From: Utricularia gibba
Taxonomy: Eukaryota; Plantae; Magnoliophyta
DNA length: 64,000 nt
NCBI GenBank assembly: GCA_002189035.1
Contig: NEEC01000033.1
Coordinates: 7,290-71,289 of the forward strand
Direction of reading: 5' to 3'
Positions 53,869 through 64,000 of the stretch are shown piece after piece. The notes below the pieces were generated by a model. The model had not been told where the DNA came from. It did no database searches and saw only the letters and a program-made list of their open reading frames with translations. Each line of letters begins with the position of its first letter. Position 1 is the first letter of the stretch. The position numbers were made by a program, and so were the translations under genes.

Positions 53869-56800
53869 TAACGAATCCAGTGCACGTGTGATTTTTCGGC
53901 TGCACCCCGAATGGTGATGCGCAATGAAATGACTATGTCGCACATCCTGGTCACGAAGCACCTCTTCCAAAACATGCAGATGCTAACTCTTCATAGCACA
54001 CCATTGGGAAGCCCTATTCGTGCTCCAAGTAGTATAATTTGGAGTTACGTTTGTCCCATAACTGTGGACATATTAAAAACAAACCACAACGAAAAGTGTC
54101 TTACGTGTCCTTCCTTGGTGGCTGCGTTTAATAATGTGCTTCTCGTTCTCGAAATTGATGCAAACAAGATACACGGCAAAAGAATCAAATAGCCACTAGA
54201 GACATGGTGTATGGGAATGGTGTATCAAGAATCAGAAGTATCATGGCAACTAATTGCATCAATCAACAGCCAAAACATATGTGTCAAACTTCATCGGATA
54301 TGCGATCAAGATGGAAAAAAGTCACATGTTACATCATGAATTTCGTGGCATCACTTATCCCAACACTATTATACTCCAGGTACGCAAAAATGTTTACTTT
54401 TAACGAATCCAGTGCACGTGTGATTTTTAGGCTGCACCCCGAATGGTGATGCGCAATGAAATGACTATGTCGCACATCCTGGTCCACGAAGCACCTCTTC
54501 CAAAACATGCAGATGCTAACTCTTCATAGCACACCATTGGGAAGCCCTATTCGTGCTCCAAGTAGTATAATTTGGAGTTACGTTTGTCCCATAACTGTGG
54601 ACATATTAAAAACAAACCACAACGAAAAGTGTCTTACGTGTCCTTCCTTGGTGGCTGCGTTTAATAATGTGCTTCTCGTTCTCGAAATTGATGCAAACAA
54701 GATACACGGCAAAAGAATCAAATAGCCACTAGAGACATGGTGTATGGGAATGGTGTATCAAGAATCAGAAGTATCATGGCAACTAATTGCATCAATCAAC
54801 AGCCAAAACATATGGTGTCAAACTTCATCGGATATGCGATCAAGATGGAAAAAAGTCACATGTTACATCATGAATTTCGTGGCATCACTTATCCCAACAC
54901 TATTATACTCCAGGTACGCAAAAATGTTTACTTTTAACGAATCCAGTGCACGTGTGATTTTTCGGCTGCACCCGAATGGTGATGCGCAATGAAATGACTA
55001 TGTCGCACATCCTGTCCACGAAGCACCTCTTCCAAAACATGCAGATGCTAACTCTTCATAGCACACCATTGGGAAGCCCTATTCGTGCTCCAAGTAGTAT
55101 AATTTGGAGTTACGTTTGTCCCATAACTGTGGACATATTAAAAACAAACCACAACGAAAAGTGTCTTACGTGTCCTTCCTTGGTGGCTGCGTTTAATAAT
55201 GTGCTTCTCGTTCTCGAAATTGATGCAAACAAGATACACGGCAAAAGAATCAAATAGCCACTAGAGACATGGTGTATGGGAATGGTGTATCAAGAATCAG
55301 AAGTATCATGGCAACTAATTGCATCAATCAACATCCAAAACATATGGTCAAACTTCATCGGATATGCGATCAAGATGGAAAAAAGTCACATGTTACATCA
55401 TGAATTTCGTGGCATCACTTATCCCAACACTATTATACTCCAGGTACGCAAAAATGTTTACTTTTAACGAATCCAGTGCACGTGTGATTTTTAGGCTGCA
55501 CCCCGAATGGTGATGCGCAATGAAATGACTATGTCGCACATCCTGGTCACGAAGCACCTCTTCCAAAACATGCAGATGCTAACTCTTCATAGCACACCAT
55601 TGGGAAGCCCTATTCGTGCTCCAAGTAGTATAATTTGGAGTTACGTTTGTCCCATAACTGTGGACATATTAAAAACAAACCACAACGAAAAGTGTCTTAC
55701 GTGTCCTTCCTTGGTGGCTGCGTTTAATAATGTGCTTCTCGTTCTCGAAATTGATGCAAAAAGATACACGGCAAAAGAATCAAATAGCCACTAGAGACAT
55801 GGTGTATGGGAATGGTGTATCAAGAATCAGAAGTATCATGGCAACTAATTGCATCAATCAACAGCCAAAACATATGTGTCAAACTTCATCGGATATGCGA
55901 TCAAGATGGAAAAAGTCACATGTTACATCATGAATTTCGTGGCATCACTTATCCCAACACTATTATACACCAGGTACGCAAAAATGTTTACTTTTAACGA
56001 ATCCAGTGCACGTGTGATTTTTCGGCTGCACCCGAATGGTGATGCGCAATGAAATGACTATGTCGCACATCCTGGTCCACGAAGCACCTCTTCCAAAACA
56101 TGCAGAGCTAACTCTTCATAGCACACCATTGGGAAGCCCTATTCGTGCTCCAAGTAGTATAATTGGAGTTACGTTTGTCCCATAACTGTGGACATATTAA
56201 AAACAAACCACAACGAAAAGTGTCTTACGTGTCCTTCCTTGGTGGCTGCGTTTAATAATGTGCTTCTCGTTCTCGAAATTGATGCAAACAAGATACACGG
56301 CAAAAGAATCAAATAGCCACTAGAGACATGGTGTATGGGAATGGTGTATCAAGAATCAGAAGTATCATGGCAACTAATTGCATCAATCAACAGCCAAAAC
56401 ATATGGTGTCAAACTTCATCGGATATGCGATCAAGATGGAAAAAGTCACATGTTACATCATGAATTTCGTGGCATCACTTATCCCAACACTATTATACTC
56501 CAGGTACGCAAAAATGTTTACTTTTAACGAATCCAGTGCACGTGTGATTTTTAGGCTGCACCCGAATGGTGATGCGCAATGAAATGACTATGTCGCACAT
56601 CCTGTCACGAAGCACCTCTTCCAAAACATGCAGATGCTAACTCTTCATAGCACACCATTGGGAAGCCCTATTCGTGCTCCAAGTAGTATAATTTGGAGTT
56701 ACGTTTGTCCCATAACTGTGGACATATTAAAAACAAACCACAACGAAAAGTGTCTTACGTGTCCTTCCTTGGTGGCTGCGTTTAATAATGTGCTTCTCGT

Positions 56801-59800
56801 TCTCGAAATTGATGCAAATGATACACGGCAAAAGAATCAAATAGCCACTAGAGACATGGTGTATGGGAATGGTGTATCAAGAATCAGAAGTATCATGGCA
56901 ACTAATTGAATCAATCAACAGCCAAAACATATGTGTCAAACTTCATCGGATATGCGATCAAGATGGAAAAAGTCACATGTTACATCATGAATTTCGTGGC
57001 ATCACTTATCCCAACACTATTATACTCCAGGTACGCAAAAATGTTTACTTTTAACGAATCCAGTGCACGTGTGATTTTTCGGCTGCACCCGAATGGTGAT
57101 GCGCAATGAAATGACTATGTCGCACATCCTGGTCCACGAAGCACCTCTTCCAAAACATGCAGAGCCTAACTCTTCATAGCACACCATTGGAAGCCCTCTC
57201 CAAGTAGTATAATTGGAGTTACGTTTGTCCCATAACTGGACATATTAAAAACAAACCACAACGAAAAGTGTCTTACGTGTCCTTCCTTGGTGGCTGCGTT
57301 TAATTGTGCTTCTCGTTCTCGAAATTGATGCATACACGGCAAAAGAATCAAATAGCCACTAGAGACATGGTGTATGGGAATGGTGTATCAAGAATCAGAA
57401 GTATCATGGCAACTAATTGCATCAATCAACAAAACACAAACTTCATCGGATATGCGATCAAGATGGAAAAAAGTCACATGTTACATCATGAATTTCGTGG
57501 CATCACTTATCCCAACACTATTATACTCCAGGTACGCAAAAATGTTTACTTTTAACGAATCCAGTGCACGTGTGATTTTTCGGCTGCACCCCGAATGGTG
57601 ATGCGCAATGAAATGACTATGTCGCACATCCTGGTCACGAAGCACCTCTTCCAAAACATGCAGATGCTAACTCTTCATAGCACACCATTGGGAAGCCCTA
57701 TTCGTGCTCCAAGTAGTATAATTTGGAGTTACGTTTGTCCCATAACTGTGGACATATTAAAAACAAACCACAACGAAAAGTGTCTTACGTGTCCTTCCTT
57801 GGTGGCTGCGTTTAATAATGTGCTTCTCGTTCTCGAAATTGATGCAAATGATACACGGCAAAAGAATCAAATAGCCACTAGAGACATGGTGTATGGGAAT
57901 GGTGTATCAAGAATCAGAAGTATCATGGCAACTAATTGCATCAATCAACAGCCAAAACATATGGTGTCAAACTTCATCGGATATGCGATCAAGATGGAAA
58001 AAGTCACATGTTACATCATGAATTTCGTGGCATCACTTATCCCAACACTATTATACACCAGGTACGCAAAAATGTTTACTTTTAACGAATCCAGTGCACG
58101 TGTGATTTTTCGGCTGCACCCCGAATGGTGATGCGCAATGAAATGACTATGTCGCACATCCTGGTCCACGAAGCACCTCTTCCAAAACATGCAGATCCTA
58201 ACTCTTCATAGCACACCATTGGGAAGCCCTATTCGTGCTCCAAGTAGTATAATTGGAGTTACGTTTGTCCCATAACTGTGGACATATTAAAAACAAACCA
58301 CAACGAAAAGTGTCTTACGTGTCCTTCCTTGGTGGCTGCGTTTAATAATGTGCTTCTCGTTCTCGAAATTGATGCAAACAAGATACACGGCAAAAGAATC
58401 AAATAGCCACTAGAGACATGGTGTATGGGAATGGTGTATCAAGAATCAGAAGTATCATGGCAACTAATTGCATCAATCAACAGCCAAAACATATGGTGTC
58501 AAACTTCATCGGATATGCGATCAAGATGGAAAAAAGTCACATGTTACATCATGAATTTCGTGGCATCACTTATCCCAACACTATTATACTCCAGGTACGC
58601 AAAAATGTTTACTTTTAACGAATCCAGTGCACGTGTGATTTTTAGGCTGCACCCGAATGGTGATGCGCAATGAAATGACTATGTCGCACATCCTGTCACG
58701 AAGCACCTCTTCCAAAACATGCAGATGCTAACTCTTCATAGCACACCATTGGGAAGCCCTATTCGCTCCAAGAAGTATAATTTGGAGTTACGTTTGTCCC
58801 ATAACTGGACATATTAAAAACAAACCACAACGAAAAGTGTCTTACGTGTCCTTCCTTGGTGGCTGCGTTTAATATGTGCTTCTCGTTCTCGAAATTGATG
58901 CAAAGATACACGGAAAAAGAATCAAATAGCCACTAGAGACATGGTGTATGGGAATGGTGCATCAAGAATCAGAAGTATCATGGCAACTAATTGAATCAAT
59001 CAACAGCCAAAACATATTGTGTCAAACTTCATCGGATATGCGATCAAGATGGAAAAAGTCACATGTTACATCATGAATTTCGTGGCATCACTTATCCCAA
59101 CACTATTATACACCAGGTACGCAAAAATGTTTACTTTTAACGAATCCAGTGCACGTGTGATTTTTCGGCTGCACCCCGAATGGTGATGCGCAATGAAATG
59201 ACTATGTCGCACATCCTGGTCCACGAAGCACCTCTTCCAAAACATGCAGATGCTAACTCTTCATAGCACACCATTGGGAAGCCCTATTCGTGCTCCAAGT
59301 AGTATATTTGGAGTTCGTTTGTCCCATAACTGTGGACATATTAAAAACAAACCACAACGAAAAGTGTCTTACGTGTCCTTCCTTGGTGGCTGCGTTTAAT
59401 AATGTGCTTCTCGTTCTCGAAATTGATGCAAACAAGATACACGGCAAAAGAATCAAATAGCCACTAGAGACATGGTGTATGGGAATGGTGTATCAAGAAT
59501 CAGAAGTATCATGGCAACTAATTGCATCAATCAACAGCCAAAACATATGGTGTCAAACTTCATCGGATATGCGATCAAGATGGAAAAAAGTCACATGTTA
59601 CATCATGAATTTCGTGGCATCACTTATCCCAACACTATTATACTCCAGGTACGCAAAATGTTTACTTTTAACGAATCCAGTGCACGTGTGATTTTTAGGC
59701 TGCACCCGAATGGTGATGCGCAATGAAATGACTATGTCGCACATCCTGGTCACGAAGCACCTCTTCCAAAACATGCAGATGCTAACTCTTCATAGCACAC

Positions 59801-62800
59801 CATTGGGAAGCCCTATTCGTGCTCCAAGTAGTATAATTTGGAGTTACGTTTGTCCCATAACTGGACATATTAAAAACAAACCACAACGAAAAGTGTCTTA
59901 CGTGTCCTTCCTTGGTGGCTGCGTTTAATAATGTGCTTCTCGTTCTCGAAATTGATGCAAAGATACACGGCAAAAGAATCAAATAGCCACTAGAGACATG
60001 GTGTATGGGAATGGTGTATCAAGAATCAGAAGTATCATGGCAACTAATTGCATCAATCAACAAACATATGGTGTCAAACTTCATCGGATATGCGATCAAG
60101 ATGGAAAAAAGTCACATGTTACATCATGAATTTCGTGGCATCACTTATCCCAACACTATTATACTCCAGGTACGCAAAAATGTTTACTTTTAACGAATCC
60201 AGCACGTGTGATTTTTTCGGCTGCACCCCGAATGGTGATGCGCAATGAAATGACTATGTCGCACATCCTTCCACGAAGCACCTCTTCCAAAACATGCAGA
60301 GCTAACTCCATAGCACACCATTGGAAGCCCTATTCGTGCTCCAAGTAGTATAATTGGAGTTACGTTTGTCCCATAACTGGACATATTAAAAACAAACCAC
60401 AACGAAAAGTGTCTTACGTGTCCTTCCTTGGTGGCTGCGTTTAATAATGTGCTTCTCGTTCTCGAAATTGATGCAAACAAGATACACGGCAAAAGAATCA
60501 AATAGCCACTAGAGACATGGTGTATGGAATGGTGTATCAAGAATCAGAAGTATCATGGCAACTAATTGCATCAATCAACAGCCAAAACATATGGTGTCAA
60601 ACTTCATCGGATATGCGATCAAGATGGAAAAAAGTCACATGTTACATCATGAATTTCGTGGCATCACTTATCCCAACACTATTATACTCCAGGTACGCAA
60701 AAATGTTTACTTTTAACGAATCCAGTGCACGTGTGATTTTTAGGCTGCACCCGAATGGTGATGCGCAATGAAATGACTATGTCGCACATCCTGTCACGAA
60801 GCACCTCTTCCAAAACATGCAGATGCTAACTCTTCATAGCACACCATTGGGAAGCCCTATTCGTGCTCCAAGTAGTATAATTTGGAGTTACGTTTGTCCC
60901 ATAACTGTGGACATATTAAAAACAAACCACAACGAAAAGTGTCTTACGTGTCCTTCCTTGGTGGCTGCGTTTAATAATGTGCTTCTCGTTCTCGAAATTG
61001 ATGCAAAGATACACGGCAAAAGAATCAAATAGCCACTAGAGACATGGTGTATGGGAATGGTGTATCAAGAATCAGAAGTATCATGGCAACTAATTGCATC
61101 AATCAACGCCAAAACATATGGTGTCAAACTTCATCGGATATGCGATCAAGATGGAAAAAAGTCACATGTTACATCATGAATTTCGTGGCATCACTTATCC
61201 CAACACTATTATACTCCAGGTACGCAAAAATGTTTACTTTTAACGAATCCAGTGCACGTGTGATTTTTCGGCTGCACCCCGAATGGTGATGCGCAATGAA
61301 ATGACTATCGCACATCCTGGTCCACGAAGCACCTCTTCCAAAACATGCAGATGCTAACTCATAGCACACCATTGGGAAGCCCTATTCGTGCTCCAAGTAG
61401 TATAATTTGGAGTTACGTTTGTCCCATAACTGTGGACATATTAAAAACAAACCACAACGAAAAGTGTCTTACGTGTCCTTCCTTGGTGGCTGCGTTTAAT
61501 AATGTGCTTCTCGTTCTCGAAATTGATGCAAAACAAGATACACGGCAAAAGAATCAAATAGCCACTAGAGACATGGTGTATGGGAATGGTGTATCAAGAA
61601 TCAGAAGTATCATGGCAACTAATTGCATCAATCAACAGCCAAAACATATGGTGTCAAACTTCATCGGATATGCGATCAAGATGGAAAAAAGTCACATGTT
61701 ACATCATGAATTTCGTGGCATCACTTATCCCAACACTATTATACTCCAGGTACGCAAAAATGTTTACTTTTAACGAATCCAGTGCACGTGTGATTTTCTG
61801 CACCCGAATGGTGATGCGCAATGAAATGACTATGTCGCACATCCTGGTCACGAAGCACCTCTTCCAAAACATGCAGATGCTAACTCTTCATAGCACACCA
61901 TTGGGAAGCCCGATTCGTGCTCCAAGTAGTATAATTTGGAGTTTCGTTTGTCCATAACTGTGGACATATTAAAAACAAACCACAACGAAAAGTGTCTTAC
62001 GTGTCCTTCCTTGGTGGCTGCGTTTAATATGTGCTTCTCGTTCTCGAAATTGATGCAAACAAGATACACGGCAAAAGAATCAAATAGCCACTAGAGACAT
62101 GGTGTAGGGAATGGTGTATCAAGAATCAGAAGTATCATGGCAACTAATTGAATCAATCAAAAAACATATTGTGTCAAACTTCATCGGATATGCGATCAAG
62201 ATGGAAAAAGTCACATGTTACATCATGAATTTCGTGGCATCACTTATCCCAACACTATTATACACCAGGTACGCAAAAATGTTTACTTTTAACGAATCCA
62301 GTGCACGTGTGATTTTTCGGCTGCACCCCGAATGGTGATGCGCAATGAAATGACTATGTCGCACATCCTGGTCCACGAAGCACCTCTTCCAAAACATGCA
62401 GAGCTAACTCTTCCTAGCACACCATTGGGAAGCCCTATTCGTGCTCCAAGTATAATTGGAGTTACGTTTGTATAACTGTGGACATATTAAAAACAAACCA
62501 CAACGAAAAGTGTCTTACGTGTCCTTCCTTGGTGGCTGCGTTAATAATGTGCTTCTCGTTCTCGAAATTGATGCAAACAAGATACACGGCAAAAGAATCA
62601 AATAGCCACTAGAGACATGGTGTATGGGAATGGTGTATCAAGAATCAGAAGTATCATGGCAACTAATTGCATCAATCAACAGCCAAAACATATGGTGTCA
62701 AACTTCATCGGATATGCGATCAAGATGGAAAAAAGTCACATGTTACATCATGAATTTCGTGCATCACTTATCCCAACACTATTATACTCCAGGTACGCAA

Positions 62801-64000
62801 AAATGTTTACTTTTAACGAATCCAGTGCACGTGTGATTTTTAGGCTGCACCCGAATGGTGATGCGCAATGAAATGACTAGGTCGCACATCCTGTCACGAA
62901 GCACCTCTTCCAAAACATGCAGATGCTAACTCTTCATAGCACACCATTGGGAAGCCCTATTCGTGCTCCAAGTAGTATAATTTGGAGTTACGTTTGTCCC
63001 ATAACTGTGGACATATTAAAAACAAACCACAACGAAAAGTGTCTTACGTGTCCTTCCTTGGTGGCTGCGTTTAATAATGTGCTTCTCGTTCTCGAAATTG
63101 ATGCAAATGGGATACACGGCAAAAGAATCAAATAGCCACTAGAGACATGGGTATGGAATGGTGTATCAAGAATCAGAAGTATCATGGCAACTAATTGCAT
63201 CAATCAACTGCCAAAACATATGGTGTCAAACTTCATCGGATATGCGATCAAGATGGAAAAAGTCACATGTTACATCATGAATTTCGTGGCATCACTTATC
63301 CCAACACTATTATACACCAGGTACGCAAAATGTTTACTTTTAACGAATCCAGTGCACGTGTGATTTTAGGCTGCACCCCGAATGGTGATGCGCAATGAAA
63401 TGACTATGTCGCACATCCTGGTCCACGAAGCACCTCTTCAAAACATGCAGAGCCTAACTCTTCATAGCACACCATTGGGCAGCCCTATTCGTGCTCCAAG
63501 TAGTATAATATGGAGTTACGTTTGTCCCATAACTGTGGACATATTAAAAACAAACCACAACGAAAAGTGTCTTACGTGTCCTTCCTTGGTGGCTGCGTTT
63601 AAGCTTCTCGTTCTCGAAATTGATGCAACAAGATACACGGCAAAAGAATCAAATAGCCACTAGAGACATGGTGTATGGGAATGGTGTATCAAGAATCAGA
63701 AGTATCATGGCAACTAATTGCATCAATCAACAGCCAAAACATATGGTGTCAAACTTCATCGGATATGCGATCAAGATGGAAAAAAGTCACATGTTACATC
63801 ATGAATTTCGTGGCATCACTTATCCCAACACTATTATACTCCAGGTACGCAAAAATGTTTACTTTTAACGAATCCAGTGCACGTGTGATTTTTAGGCTGC
63901 ACCCCGAATGGTGATGCGCAATGAAATGACTAGGTCGCACATCCTGGTCACGAAGCACCTCTTCCAAAACATGCAGATGCTAACTCTTCATAGCACACCA
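53869..64000 (+). repeat. B-derived domain organised as a dimeric (~1.05-kb) higher-order repeat with 4-monomer (~2.1-kb) modulation
   Basis: Alternate monomers differ in phase at several markers: C/A29, intact vs shortened GGTCC (81-85), TT vs TTT (171-173), CAA vs non-CAA (298-300). See findings. Confidence 0.75.

Larger units (their letters stand above)
1..64000 (+). repeat. Tandem satellite array, 534-bp monomer, ~120 head-to-tail copies, single orientation, runs off both window ends
   Basis: TAACGAATCCAGTGCACGTG starts at 1 and again at 535. Identical ORFs recur at 107, 641, then 1707, 2241 and 2773, 3307, 3841, 4375, 4909 (534-bp steps). The same motifs recur to the last base, and I saw no reverse-orientation copy or foreign insert. 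Confidence 0.99.

Noticed and set aside
1-64000. CRISPR array or diversity cassette
   Set aside because: No unique spacers, the unit is 534 bp, and there are no cas or recombinase genes. The variable stretches are made of monomer fragments.
1-64000. Telomeric repeats, LTR/TIR elements or inverted array segments
   Set aside because: None seen on either strand.

Overview
The whole 64-kb window is one uninterrupted, single-orientation, head-to-tail tandem array of a 534-bp monomer (~120 copies). By hand count the monomer is ~41% GC, with 20 CpG and CpG O/E ~0.9. I found no unique sequence, transposon, RNA gene, CRISPR spacer or credible protein gene; every ORF in the track is the same monomer re-read. 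It is most likely a eukaryotic satellite DNA, but I do not recognise the family or host. The internal structure is the informative part. (1) Two monomer subfamilies, A and B, differ at 11 sites (13 nt, ~2.4%) and are spatially segregated: A at ~1-12.7 kb, mosaic at ~12.7-33.8 kb, B thereafter. (2) A dimeric higher-order repeat with an additional 4-monomer periodicity appears at ~54-64 kb. (3) A hairpin in each monomer keeps its pairing through a reciprocal A:T to T:A change between A and B, with a possible second C:G to G:C pair. (4) The monomer shows traces of an old internal duplication. (5) Several scrambled zones and many 1-3-bp deletions fall on the A/B diagnostic sites, which looks like long-read consensus artefact in a collapsed array. 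Fine-scale claims therefore need raw-read confirmation. Monomer positions are numbered on copy 1 (window 1-534).
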